The notes: generated by a model from the letters alone, not told the origin. A stretch of DNA of 63,879 nucleotides, filler included, from Reticulomyxa filosa (GCA_000512085.1; 18 parts of 18 records of this genome joined end to end with filler, not necessarily neighbours in it), one strand, 5' to 3'; numbered from the whole stretch's first letter, positions 40,271 through 54,452 are shown. Numbers and translations are program-made.

Positions 40271-41070
40271 TTTTTTTTGTAAATACGACAAAACACACAA
40301 AGTGAACATGGAGAGCATTTTTGTTTTTGTGGTTGTCAAGGTCTTCAAAAAATAAAATAAAATAAAATAAAATAAAATANNNNNNNNNNNNNNNNNNNNN
40401 NNNNNNNNNNNNNNNNNNNNNNNTTAATTAATTAANNNNNNNNNNNNNNNNNNNNNNNNNNNNNNNNNNNNNNNNNNNNAGTTGAATAGTTTCTTAAAAA
40501 GGGTCTAGTTCCAGATTTTTTATTTTTTTATGTTACATCATTTGTTTTACTCCTTGTTTTCAAAGTTTTCAAGGCTAAAATTTATATTCCCGGATTGCCG
40601 AAGAAATTCCATGTATGAAAGTAGTTGAGACAATCAAAAGTGACTATAATTACATTTTTTTTTCATTAAAAATATTTTCGATATTAACGTCTGAAGTTAT
40701 TAATGTTATGATCAATGGCACGAATTGAAAATTTGCATATCGTGCATTTAAAAAAAGCATTTTGATTGTTTGCTTCTTTCAAAAAAATGAAATTGCATTA
40801 GCATCGCCCCATCATTAAAGAGATTTGCATGAGAGAAGAACTTTTTTTGAAATAATGTCGATATCACTTTTTATCAACTTCCAGAAATAACCTTCATTAG
40901 TGACAACAATAAAAAAAATACAAAACAATTCAAGTGGAGGAAGGATGCACAAAAATCAATCATTTCCAAAGAGTTTTTCCGATAGAATTGACTCTTCGAG
41001 TAAATCCAACTTTTCGGTTTTGCATTTTCTTTGATTTGATTTTTTTGCTGGTGGCGCTAATTTGTCATCA

Positions 41071-41352
41071 TTACTTTGTGCTTATCGCCCGGAGCAATCG
41101 CATCATCTGCAGCAACAGCACCGGAATATTCTTTTCCATCAATTGGCATAAATAATTCCAAGTCTTTATATTGAGCTTTTTGTGCAATATCTTTTCATGT
41201 TCTTTCAGAAGGAGCATAGACCCAAATGTATCTTTTAGATCTTGCGATTTTTTGATTTGCTGTTTCAAGTAGTTGGCCTCAGAAATGGCTTTTTCAAATT
41301 TTTTGCGTCCGAGAATACGCATTTGCTCTAACAACTGATGCCATTTTAAAGG
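41071..41352 (-). pseudogene. ESF2/ABT1-like 3' fragment
   Basis: LKWHQLLEQ..; nucleotide similarity to 45617-45800. Confidence 0.5.
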
Positions 41353-41359
41353 AAATCAT

Positions 41360-42587
41360 ATTTTTCAATTCAAATATTTCATTATTTATTTATTTGTTCA
41401 ATTTATAATTATTTAGTTATTTTGTCAAATCAATTGAAAATATTTTACAATGAGAATAGTAGTTCAAGTTTTTTTAGTTTCGAAGCTTTACTCATATCTA
41501 AATGTAGAATGATGAGAAATGTGTTCATAAGAAAAGGAGTTTTTTGTGATATAAATATGATATTTTTATCATTAAAAAAATGAAGGGGAAAAGGTTTGTA
41601 ATTAGTTCAAGAGCAACAATAAATGTTGCTACAAAAGCTGTCTTAAGGAGATCACCAGTTAACTAAGTCCTTTTGATTGCTTTTGTGCTGTCAAAGTCCT
41701 TGCGACAACTTTAAAAGTTTCACATATCTCAGCAAATTTGTTTCTTCTATTTTTTTTTTTAATTTTCTCTTCGATCTTGTTCACACGTTCACAAAGCTTT
41801 GTGACAAAAAAGTGCATCCATGAAAAACGTTCAAAAAAAAAAATATTCAACGAAATCACACTGAAAATCAAATAAAAGAAAGTGATATAATTTATAATAA
41901 AATACGACGACAAACTCAGACAGCTGAAAAGGTGCTCAAAAAGGTCCCATTTTTTTTATTTTTGTATCTTTCATCTTTTTTGTCAGCTCCTTTTTTTTTT
42001 TTGAACGTTTCTGACAGGTGCCACAAAGCTTTGTGAACGTGTGAACAAGATCGAAGAGAAGATTAAAAAAAACAGAAAGAATGAACTTTCTGAGATATGA
42101 GAAACTTTTAAAGCTGTTCCAAGGACTTTGACAGCACAAAACAATCAAGAGAATTTGATTAACTGACAATCTCCTTAGACAGCTTTTGATGACAATATTT
42201 ATTGTTGCTCATCAAATTAATTACAAACCTTTTCCTGTTTATTTTTTCAATGGTAAAAATATCACATCTACGTAGCAAAAACTCCTTTTCTTATGGACAA
42301 ATTGCTCATCAATCTACATTTTAGATATGAGGAAACTGTTGCTATCATTGAATGAATATATCACAATCATTATTTTTTTCTTAAGGTGTCATAATTAAAT
42401 TGACTACTAACAAAACAAATACTAAAAATTTCGTGCCCTCCATGCCCCTTTATGAATGTAAGCAGACAAACATTAAAGCTTCGAAACTAAAAAAACTTGA
42501 ACTGATATTCCGTTGTAAAACATTTTCAATTAAATAATTATAAATTGAACGAGTAAATAAATAATGAAATATTTAAATTGAAAAATA
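41360..42587. repeat. Large imperfect inverted repeat (arms about 41360-41806 and 42020-42587)
   Basis: ttcaagtttttttagtttcgaagcttta and cttgttcacacgttcacaaagctttgtg each have a reverse-complement copy; arm 2 carries an insertion of about 140 bp. Confidence 0.85.
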
Positions 42588-42601
42588 ATGATGATTTGTA
42601 G

Positions 42602-42783
42602 AGTTCCTTAAAAAGGGTCTAGTTCCAGATTTTATATTTTTTTATCTATCATCATTTGTTTTAATACTTGTTTTCAAAGTTTTCAAGGCTAAAATTTATA
42701 TTCCCAGATTGCCGAAGAAATTTACTGTATGGAAATGGCTAAGATAATTCAAAGTGACTATAATGATCTTTTTTTTTCATTAA
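42602..42783 (+). repeat. Direct repeat of 40490-40667
   Basis: Shared aaaaagggtctagttccagatttt..caaagttttcaaggctaaaatttatattcc. Confidence 0.85.
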
Positions 42784-43255
42784 TCATAGAAAGTTTATTT
42801 TATATATTTTTTGAAGTATCTATACAAAGGAATCGATNNNNNNNNNNNNNNNNNNNNNNNNNNNNNNNNNNNNNNNNNNNNTTAATTAATTAANNNNNNN
42901 NNNNNNNNNNNNNNNNNNNNNNNNNNNNNNNNNNNNNTTATATTTTTAAAAGATTTAAATTAAAACTAAAATTTTTTTTTTTTTCACTTGTTGTTGATTG
43001 TGTGAGTTTTTTATATGTTTTGTTGATCTTTTCCATTTTTTTGTTTTCATTATAGTACTGTGTTCCTTTTGGGACGATGTGCTCATTTTAACTTGGATAA
43101 GGTCTCTAAAAAAAAAAAGATATTGATTTACTGAAAGGAACAAATAAAGTGCCTGGTCAATAAAGAGATTAATTTCCAAATTAAAAAAGACCTATGTATC
43201 TCTATTTATAAATACTTGTATTTTTACTAAAGAGAATTCATTTTATTTTTTAAAT

Positions 43256-44279
43256 TTAACTATTAAAAAATAAAAGATAAAATGATTTTTTCAAAATAGC
43301 ATTTTTACCAACACCATCTTCATTAACGATTGTTTTTTTTGGTGATTGGTTTTGTATCTTCCATTCTTGATATGCATATTGGTATGCAGCAGCACAATGC
43401 TTCCATTTCAAAAATTGATGTGGAAAATATTGTAAATCACGATATTGTTTTAGCATATGAGTAAAATCTTCAATTTCGGCATTTCGTTTGATCTGCCCTT
43501 GTTTATAAGCAATCTCACGCCAAGCCGCTAATAGATCCTTCATAGTACCCATTGAAGTTTTTTTAACAAATTCTTTGATTCGTGTTTGTGCTTCATTGGT
43601 TAAAGGTTTTCGATAAATTTCAAGAACAAATGGAGCAATTGAACCTTCATCCAAACGTTCAGATTGAACTACATTATGCAATTGACGCCACAACACTCCA
43701 ACATGTTTGACACAGAGTTGCTCTGTTTTGTCATTGAGACAATATCTTTCGGAAAACAAAACCCAATCTTTCTCTTCAAATTGTAATTTTTTAAGTAATT
43801 TAGTTAATGGCATATCCACTTGAAGATTTTGAAGATTTTGATATAAATAGACAATTACATCGTTTAACATTCCCAATGCTTTTTGTTTTTTCAAAGATGA
43901 AGCAGCTGACAAGTTCAATTTATCCCAAAAAGACTGGAATTGCGCATATTTGAAATCTTCATAACGCGTTTCAATAGTTGCAATGCAACTTTGAATATCA
44001 AGATCATTACGATATTCAAATAAAGGAATAACGATTATAATTGGTTCTCGGCCATGAACAAAGGTGTGATATATATCATTTTCAATGGATGCCAAGCTAA
44101 AGCATTTGGATTTGTTACTTTGATTATACTGCAGTGTTAGAATGCTTCGCTGTTGGGTAATATCATTGCAATGAATTTTATCGAAACATAAAATATCTTT
44201 TTCAGTGATATCATACGAGCATTTTGGTGTGGGCTGTTGCAAATTGTCATATTTTTTTTCTTCAATTTCTTGGGTGTGT
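43256..44279 (-). CDS. C-terminal part of a large protein, tentatively RNF213-like
   Basis: Open 328-aa ORF; resemblance of FSLASIENDI..FVHGREPI and the FPHQFLKWKHC terminus is by recall only. Confidence 0.4.
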
Positions 44280-45616
44280 NNNNNNNNNNNNNNNNNNNNN
44301 NNNNNNNNNNNNNNNNNNNNNNNTTAATTAATTAANNNNNNNNNNNNNNNNNNNNNNNNNNNNNNNNNNNNNNNNNNNNTCCACGCACAAGTTATTATAA
44401 TCCACGCGCGCAACTTTGTCTCGCACCAACACGAAGCCACAAGCCAATCATTTTTTCAAATGATGTTCGATAATTCAATGTTAGGTTCTTTTTTTTTTTT
44501 TTACACTTTTTTTTTAAAAAACAAAATAAAAAAATTTGTATAGGTCGTACAACGTTGCACAAAAAAAGAAACATGGACGAAATGGGCGACAAGACAACAA
44601 TGAAGACTTTGGCACATGGCCAAATTACCGGTGAAAATGTTGGTGGAAATCATTATCATCATGGATCAGCACCTGCCTTATGTAATAGAAGCGCTGTTGG
44701 CGCAAAGAAGGGTTGTATACACAACTGACGAGCAATCGAATTGCAAGTCAGTGGTGATGACAAACCTTTTTTGTGCAGCAGAGTTTCTTTCACAAGGCAT
44801 GGTCTATCCAGCACTTATGCAATCAAAGATCACACTACGCATTCACTATCACAAGAATCTCGCATTGCCCACTCCAAACAAATTCACATCAACATTGTGA
44901 CCCATGTGGTCTTGTAAAGTTATTTTTTATTTTATTTTCGTTGTTGCAATAATAATAAGATAAGTTTTTATTGTTGTATAGATTGAATAAATACAGCAAC
45001 AATTGCGCAAATGGTTGGAAGTGCGAGATTGGCAACTGCACTTGCAAAATAACAATAAAGTAATATCTTGTATTTTTTATTTATGTTCATCTTGTAAATA
45101 TATCGTATGATGTTGCTTACATAGGACCACCAACTGTGATGAATAGAAAAAAAGAATACGGGGTAGAAACCACCCCGTCTCCGAAAGGAGAAACAAAGGC
45201 TTGTTTTGTTTATCCTTTTTTTAAAAAATATGTTCAAGTTTTTTGCTGTGTGTTACGTAACATAGGTTCCCTCGTCCGCAATGACCGTTACAAATCTATG
45301 CACCATCCCCTGCACATACAAAAAAAAAGAAAATTGGGGTTGAAATCTACCCCCGTATCCTCAATGAGGAAAAATGGTTTGTTCTGTTTATATTTATTTA
45401 TACATAGATATTTTTTTGTTATGTAATGTTGTGTGTTTGCTTGATTTAATAGGATTCCCCCTTCAAATAAAAAAAAATATATGTACTTTTTATTTTTTAT
45501 TTATTTGTCCCCCCCCNNNNNNNNNNNNNNNNNNNNNNNNNNNNNNNNNNNNNNNNNNNNTTAATTAATTAANNNNNNNNNNNNNNNNNNNNNNNNNNNN
45601 NNNNNNNNNNNNNNNN

Positions 45617-45950
45617 TTTGTGTTTATCGTCCGGAGCAATCACATCATCTGCGGCAACAGTCCCAGAACCTTCTTTTCCATCACTTGGCATGAACAATTC
45701 CAATATCGATAATACCTTTTTGTGTCCTTTCAGAAGGAACCATATGCCCAAATGTGTATTGAGATTTTTTGATAACAAATGATGCCATTTGAACCCTTTT
45801 AAATATTTCATATTCCACACTTGTCCCTTTACCATTCTGTTATTCAAATCTTTTGTGGGACTTTTGTGCCATTTAAAATTCTCGCCACTAGCTTTGCCAT
45901 TTTTTTATCTGCAAACTCGATCCACTCTTCCGCAAATTCCATACATATGC
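45617..45950 (-). pseudogene. ESF2: ESF2/ABT1 pre-rRNA processing factor pseudogene
   Basis: EEWIEFADKKMAKLVARILNG..WNMKYLKGFKWHHL; frameshift/stop and internal deletion. Confidence 0.75.
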
Positions 45951-47297
45951 CATGTATCTTTTTTGGCTTTCCATCACTATTCTCTTTTTCACACATACAT
46001 ATATACGTACACCACCGTATAACAATTTAATGATGGTTTTGCACGTGATTTGAATGTTTGATAGACAAATAAAGGTTGAACAATATTTCTAATAAACGAG
46101 TTCAATTTTTGGACCGAATAATTCTAATTCTGATTTGTATACATTTTAAATGCAATGACACCCAATTGTTGAAACAAAAAAAATTAGGATTGAATACGGA
46201 ATTTGCATGACTGGCGTTATTTCATTTTGTTTAGACAAATATTGTGCTCATAGCAATTTTCAATATTTAAGTGTAAGATGATTGAATTATTTGATGTTGT
46301 TGGTGATATTTTTTGTAAAATATAGGAAATTTTGTTGTGTCATTTTATCAATTAAATCAAGTTAAAAAAAAGCAACTAAAATGAGATTGCAAGGATGCTC
46401 GTGCTTATTTGTGACAGTCGTTTGCTCTTGTTGTTTTTTTTTTTCTCTTCTTGTTTTTTTTTTCTCTTTTAAATCAAACTAAACACAACTTATGATGTAA
46501 AATTGAATTTGTTTTTTATTTTGTATTTTTTGGAACACAAATCATAGTATTGATGTTTGAGTCGATATCAAATATTACAAATTTTTTTCTTATCCAAGCT
46601 AGTTCAAGGAATTAAAGAAATATTCCAATAAATTTTGTGAAAGAATTTCACTTACAAAAATTGGCATTGCCAAAAAAACAATTAAAAATAATTGTGTGTA
46701 GGACAAAGACATAATCATTGTTCTCTTTTGCTGGATTTGTTAAGTCTCCAGTTTTGTCTAAGTCTATCTCTCTCAAAGCAGACAGTTACAATTTGGACTC
46801 GAGGTCAGACAGTGAACGCTCGTTGCCAAATTGGTAAGCAAATAAAAAGTGTATTGCCCCAATGCTAAAGACAAATAATATGAGACCACACAATAACAAC
46901 CAACATTTTCGTAATGTGAATGCTTTTTCTTTTTATCGACAATCTTTTTTGCATTATCATCCCAGCATCGACTTTTTCGTTTAATAATCTATTTGATATT
47001 TAAAAAAAACTTTACAAAAAAGTAAGTATGGTATATAAATAAATATATGAAAGGAGAGAAGCAATATGTAAGGAGCGAAGAGATGTATAATAGGAGCGAA
47101 ACACGGTGTGTAATGGAGCGAAACAGATATAAGGAGTGAGGCGATTTAAAAGCTAGCTTAAACGCGAATCAACTCCCATACCGACGCAGCTCCAACACCG
47201 GACGCAGCTCCCACATCAGACGTACTCCCACGTCAGACTAAACTCACTAACACATACATATAACATAAATATACACATACATTTGAAGTTCAATTGT

Positions 47298-47510
47298 CGT
47301 GTATTTGTCATTGTTCGTGCATCTATCATTGCTCGTGCATCTATCATTGCTCGTGCATCTATCATTGCTCGTGCATCTATCATTGTTCGTGCATCTATCA
47401 TTGTTCGTGAGTCTATCATTGTTCGTACATTTATCATTGTTTATGCATTTGTCATTGTTCGTGCATTTATCTTTGCTCGTGCATGTGTCCTTGCTCGTGT
47501 TTCTATTCAT
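47298..47510. repeat. 18-bp minisatellite, about 11 copies, grading into 6-bp repeats up to about 47755
   Basis: (tcgtgcatctatcattgc)n; minus frames read TNNDRC and MIDART repeats. Confidence 0.9.
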
Positions 47511-47987
47511 GTCATTGTTCATATGAATATACTTGTCTTTGATAATGCCTTTTGTTTGTATTCGTATTTATATTTATTTATGTATTCGTGTTTGTATTTG
47601 TGATTGTTTTTTTAATTATTTTTGTGATTGCATACTTATTTGCGTTCGTCGTATTTGCATTCGTTCCGTTCATTTTTGTATTGTTTATTGTATTTGAGTT
47701 TGTCGTATTTACCATGTTCGTATTTACAGTCTTCGTGTTTACCGTATTCATGTTTGCCCTTGATACTGGAATCATTAATCTAAAATAAATATTTATTTAA
47801 TTTTATTTTGTTTTGTTTTTTGGAAAGTGGAAAGTGGACAGTGGAAAAAAAAAAGGAAAAAGCAAAAGGGGGAAAAAAGCAAAAGGGNNNNNNNNNNNNN
47901 NNNNNNNNNNNNNNNNNNNNNNNNNNNNNNNTTAATTAATTAANNNNNNNNNNNNNNNNNNNNNNNNNNNNNNNNNNNNNNNNNNNN

Positions 47988-48029
<42 letters not shown>

Positions 48030-49722
48030 TTGCTTTCGCAAGTATTTTTAATTATTATCATCATCATCATTATTTTCTTGACTTAATGCTTCACTGTAAT
48101 GCATAACCATGAATGGTAATTTTGATACCTTAGCAAACATTAGTTCTATTTTTGTTACTTCATCTTTGGCTGCTTTCATCATTTCTAAGTTTTGCCACGG
48201 AACTACTTTTTCTATACCCATAAATTCTTTAATTATATCATCGAATTCACCATTTCTTTTCGTATATCTGTTCCTGTATTGCACTATTTTTCTGTTTACT
48301 AGAAATGTATGCAAATTCATTCGATTTTGCTCTTCGATATATTTAATGTCCGTTGGTGCTTTTAATGATTTCATTATAATTGCTAATACTTTAGTTCTTT
48401 TCTCACTTCTTTTAGCTTCAACTAATAATGCTGCATCATATAATATAATATTGGCAATATCACCTAATGCTTTTCTTATTCTTCTTTTTTCCTAATCTTT
48501 GATGATCACTTGCCCATACATCCATTACTTCTACTGATTGTGATGCTGCTGGTTCAATACTGGTTTGCGATAATTCCTCTGTTAAGTCTACTACTGAGAT
48601 GTTGTTGATTCTGTTATACATTTCTTTGATGACTTTTTCTGATAGCTGAGCAATTGTAATAAATATAAATTATACTTGTGTAATAACTTTTACTACTGTA
48701 ACTATTTTACCTTCTATTTCTATTTATAAATAACTTGTACAATATTTCTTTCTGTAACTATCCCTACTACGCAATTTCGCATGTAGTTATCTTGTTGGAG
48801 ACTCACTTTTATCAAGTAACTACACCCCTTTCTGTTTATTCCTTAGTTTTCTTCTTTTCCTTCCTCTTCATCTAGCCATTTATGATATATTGCCATTATT
48901 CTTGATGTGACTAGTTGTTTTTTGTTTAGCATTGATTCCACCATTCTTGATATCATTGTGTCTTCAATGTTTATCAATTCATTATTTCTGGTTATATAAC
49001 CATTGCTTGTAATTAATAAATCTATTTCTGGTATGTCTTCTACACCTTGATTTTTCTTACATTTCATGTAGTATCTGTATCCTTCATCATTATAGATTCT
49101 TCCTACCCATACTCTAGATTGTGTTTTTATTCCTAACATTATTGAGACTTCATCATATTCTTCTATTTCTTGTAATGTTTTGTACCATTGCCATTGACTT
49201 GAAATGTCTGGTCTTTTATAACATATTGTAGTAAGAATTTCTTCTATTTTTTTCTTTGCTTTGCCCATATCCTTTTCCATTCTATCTAGAACTCTATGGT
49301 ATTCATGTTTACTGTGCTCCATTTTTGAATCATTTTCCCATTGTCTTTTCTTTACTTGATTTACTGAATATTCAAGTTCTTCTTCATCAAAATCTTGTTT
49401 TCTGCTTTCTTCATTTTCGATCCAATATTTTTTACATATATCTTTAATTTCTTCACCTCTCATTTTCATTATTTGTTCTCTTCCTTGCTTTTTGAATTCA
49501 ATTGATGCTTCTGCTCTTTCATCATCTTCTTCTGCCATGTTATAGTATGGTTGAAAAGGTTGTGCTAACCATTCTCTTTCTTTTTCCAATATTAGTATAT
49601 CTAACATGTCTTCTTCTATTATTTCCATCTTCTCTGCTTCCATTGGACCAAAGGCTTGCTCTTGTGTATCTGTTGCCATTTCTGTACGTATACTTTTTGG
49701 CTTCTACGGCTGTTCGCACTTT
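47988..49722 (-). mobile_element. Putative repeated or retroposed element: two intronless A-rich ORFs followed by poly(A)
   Basis: ORF 49679-48843 and a disrupted ORF about 48620-48048; A38 begins about 22 nt after the stop; no catalytic motif seen. Confidence 0.3.
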
Positions 49723-49904
49723 NNNNNNNNNNNNNNNNNNNNNNNNNNNNNNNNNNNNNNNNNNNNTTAATTAATTAANNNNNNNNNNNNNNNNNNNNNN
49801 NNNNNNNNNNNNNNNNNNNNNNAACAAACAATGGCAACGAATAAAATTGCGCCTCTCTCCCCACAGACAAGGACAAAAAAACAAATGGTGGAAAGAATGG
49901 CAGT

Positions 49905-50745
49905 GTGATGTGGTTGGAAAAATATGAATATTGGGTGCACATATACTCGTGCCAATTGCATTTGTTTCAACAAAGGCCATCAGAGGCATGGGGACATTTG
50001 ACAAAAGCCATTGAAATGGCAAAATTATTGAAGACAACACATGCACAGTATAGTGGAACTGAAGAAAAGGAAAAAGACAAAGATATACGAAATATCAATG
50101 ATCGATTAGATTTCGCAAGACTGCTGTTTTGTAAAGCACAATATGAAGTTACAAAACAAGGATTACAATATTTGAGCCAATCACAAAAACAATTGTATCA
50201 AACTCATAAAAACAATCCTCAAAAATCGGCACAGTTTTGTGTTGATATTACCTTTATATATATATGCATATATGTGTATATACATATATGTATATATGTA
50301 TATATTTATTTATTTATTTATTTCTCCCATTTTTATTTTATTTCTTTTACCAACTTTATACAATCAACCCCATTCATAAACATATGTTCACATGTCGGGG
50401 TTCAATTTATTCCTTTACTATTTGTCATTGCCATTGTTATTATTATTTACAACTGTTACAATTACTATAATTATCAATTGCCTATTGATTACTTGAAATA
50501 GCGAAGATATTGCATATTTGAACAATATGTCGTGTCTGTTTGGAATGGAGCAAAAGCCTGCGTCGGCTCTGCTCATGCTACAAAAGGCGCTGCAAAAGCA
50601 CTCGGAATACGTCGACACTGTGCCGTTGTATCAATCTGATTATATGTTATCCTATTTGTGTTACAATGGTTAATTTGCAATTTTTTATTTTTTTATTTTT
50701 TTATTTTTGTTTAGTTTGAAAGGAGACAAACAAATAAACATAAAT

Positions 50746-50779
<34 letters not shown>

Positions 50780-52026
50780 GCTGGAGTATTTGCACAAAGA
50801 TTGGAAAATTACGCCAGAGCGTTGGATTGTTTTGTAATGTGCTTGCCAACATTGCAAAGTCGGCCGCACTTGTGGCTGCGAATGGCGCAATGCATTTTGG
50901 CCATTTGGGAGCCTTACGGAGACTATCAGAATTTTCGAGATGGCCAGCCACAAATGAACAGCTTGACCAAGGACATACTCGACGCAAAATCCGTTCGCCG
51001 AGGTGACTTGTTTTTCGACTTTCAAAATTTGCAAAACTTTGTATATATATATACATATATATATATATATTGATAGAAAACATTGATAGGCGATATCTAT
51101 GTGCTTCCAACAAAGCGACGATGTCTACTGTATTCGAAAAAACGCAAAACGCCAGATTGGAAATTGAAATGGGAAAGGCGAAGTGACGAATACAATGGGT
51201 TTCCGTACGAATATTACAAAGACAAAGAATGGAGAGAATATCAAAAGAAATGGGAGCAATGGACCAAAGAAAACGAACAACGACACAAACGCAAAATGAA
51301 TTTGATTCGCAAATTCAATCAATTGCAAAAGCAATTTGATTCGAAACAAGACGAACGCAACCAAATGGAAAAATACTTGGAAGAGAGACAAAAAAAAATC
51401 AAGTCGCGTTCCTCGAAGATGCCCCCTTCCAAAACCCAAAAAGAAAAGGAGTCATCGTCGTCGAAAGAGAGTAAACATAACACCAAAGACAAAGATAACA
51501 AGCCTGATCCTTCGTCTTCATCTTCGTCTTCGTCGACACATCACAAAGCAGAAAGTGGAGCGGATAAATCCAAGGTTTGTTTACACGTCATATTCAATTA
51601 TTGTGATCAAAAAAAGAGGGCGGGGGTGGAAAATGTTGGATCAAGGATGACAAAAAAAATTCGAAACGAGATGTCGATGATACATTGTCCAGTGGCGCAC
51701 AGGCCTCAGACCCAAGTAAGGAAGAAAGAGACGCGGAAGAAAAACAACAGTCTCAACAGCAGCAACAGCAACAGCAAGAAAGTGACAAAGAACGCACGGA
51801 CAGAGACAACGAAGGCAACGACAAAGGCGATACGGAAGACCGAAATAAAGTCGAGGAAGACAAAGAGGCGGAAGACGAAGGGGAAGATAAAAATAAAGAT
51901 AAAGATAAAGCGGATGACAATGGCGACAATGGAACGCGAAAAAGAAAAAAAAAAAAGGCAACGACGACAAGAAAAAAAAAGAAAAGACAAAGGCCATCAC
52001 GACGACGAAACCGGAAAAAAAAAGAC
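49905..52026 (+). CDS. CNOT10: CCR4-NOT subunit 10-like TPR protein, partial
   Basis: YLNNMSCL..LQKAL..YNAGV..ARALDCF..PHLWLRMAQC; introns 50233-50500, 50669-50780, 51041-51076 and one near 51574-51645. Confidence 0.7.
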
Positions 52027-52799
52027 NNNNNNNNNNNNNNNNNNNNNNNNNNNNNNNNNNNNNNNNNNNNTTAATTAATTAANNNNNNNNNNNNNNNNNN
52101 NNNNNNNNNNNNNNNNNNNNNNNNNNATGATGAGACAATCTGCAGAAAATCTTATAAAGTAAAAATGGGAATTAGTAAAGTTGTGTATGATTCTCCACCT
52201 TCGCAAAGGCCAATGACGACTCCTCCCGATCTTGAACATGTGACAGCAAACTTTGGTATAAGTGAACCAATTATAGCAACAGGTACAGAAAATAAAGAAA
52301 CAGATGAAAAGAAGGCTACGGAAACATACCAAGAAAATTTCGGCTTGCAAACTAGTGACAAAAATGGGAATCCATCTGGGAATGAAAACGTGGAAAAAGA
52401 AACGGATCAACCGGGTTTAGAAACGTCTACGTAAAAGACCTCAAAAAGTATTCATGAAAAGGTTTCCGAAAGTAATTCGGGAAAAAATTTGGCGGAAGAA
52501 ATGAACGTAGATGGTGAGGAAAAAAATGAAAATAGAAAGAATATCATGTAAGTGGATGATTCGAAAGAAGTAGAAGAAAAAAAAGAAAAAAGCATTTCCT
52601 ACATTATAATTATTATAAAATATATTATAAAAAACAAGAATTAGTACAAGACGTTAGTAACATTGCTCAAAAGTTATACGTAAAATTAATCTATTTTTTT
52701 TAATAAATAAATAAAATAAACAAATTAAATAAATAAATAAACTAAATAAATAATTCTTCTTAATTTTCAAATTAATATGTAATGTAAACGATTCATTGC

Positions 52800-53120
52800 T
52801 TACTCCCATTATATACAATTTTTATTTAATAATGCAATCGAGCAAGCTAAACATAACTGCAATTCTTGATTCATTCTTATACACCTTTTTTCATTTATGA
52901 TATATTTATGAATTAATTTGGAAATAGTAATATTTGCATTAATATCAACATGATACCCACCAAATAGGAAAATATAACTATTAACATGTAAATATTCATA
53001 TTTGTTATATTTTTTAATATAATCACAAACAGGTAAATTACAAAATTCAAATGTATTTTTTTCTTCATAATAAGATATCGTTTTATGCGTTCGGTTTTCT
53101 TTGCAACTTACTGTATTGCA
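52800..53120 (-). pseudogene. Kelch-repeat fragment
   Basis: YEEKNTFEFCNLPVCDYI..IFLFGGY..SKLIHKY; no intact ORF. Confidence 0.55.
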
Positions 53121-54452
53121 AATTTTGTTCTTCTACTTGTTCTTTTGGCTGTATCAAATATTATATTCAATAAAACTACAATTTCGAAAATTTATTAAAT
53201 GCTTTTTGAGTCCTTTTATTATTTTGACATGTTCAATCAAAAAATCTTTCATTCTTGCAACAATTGTAGCTTTATTACAACAAATATCTGAAGACAACTG
53301 AAATGCTTGACGAAACTATACATACTAATAACTTACACAAACAATACATAGATCACAGTTTGGAATACTTTCAATAATGTGAATATTAATTATCATAATT
53401 CAAGTAAATCTTAAAGTGATTTATTTTATAAAAGTCAAATATTGATCATATTTTATCAATTTGTCTTTATTATTTGTCAATATGTAAATAATCTTCAAGT
53501 CAGAATTATAATTATGTATTTATTTTCAGCAAATCTACATTTTGCAAGCACTAGCAAAAAAAAATATTATTTTTGTTTCTTCATTCTTTTTTGTTAATTA
53601 CTACAAATTTATAATTAATTCTTCGAACAATTCTTTGAAATTATTGTCATTATGTTTATATTTGAAAAAGATTTAAATGAATTTTTTCTAAAAAAATGAA
53701 GTGGTAATTTTTTTTCATCTATTAATATTGCATATATATTGATTTATATCTTTTATTTGTTTAATTAGTTTAATATTAACAGTCTGAGTATTTGTTGCAT
53801 AAATAATTTGACAATTTTAATTGTCAAAATAATAAATCGTCGTAACAAGTTGTATACAGATCCTTAAAAATTAATACCAAATAAGTAATGCAAAGATTTA
53901 TTTATCTAAAGAAAATGCAAAGTGCATTAATTGTTGCAAATACTACATATTTAATTATCACAAATTCCAACAATTTGCAAATGATTTCAAAACTAAATAT
54001 AATTTTTAATATATTTCAAAAATATAGATAAGTTTTCAATTTTCATTTTTACTAAACTTTATGTATCCACAATTTCACTTTTCTATAATAATAATTAGAT
54101 TTTAATTATTTCAAAAATAATATATTTTTGAATGTTCAATTTGGTTTTTCTGCAAATAATAAAGAAAAAATTTAATATTATATAAACAAAATCGATTTTA
54201 AGGATTCGATAAATAATAGAATACATGGATCCTGAATTTTATTTTATCAAAATGTATCTTATATACAAATTATTATGACTACAGTAGTATAATTTTAATT
54301 AATTGATATGAAAAAAAGAAAATAAACACAAAATAGTNNNNNNNNNNNNNNNNNNNNNNNNNNNNNNNNNNNNNNNNNNNNTTAATTAATTAANNNNNNN
54401 NNNNNNNNNNNNNNNNNNNNNNNNNNNNNNNNNNNNNAAAAAAAAGCTTGAA

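Noticed and set aside
47298-47510. CRISPR-like array
   Set aside because: Contiguous tandem units with no unique spacers, no cas genes, eukaryotic context.
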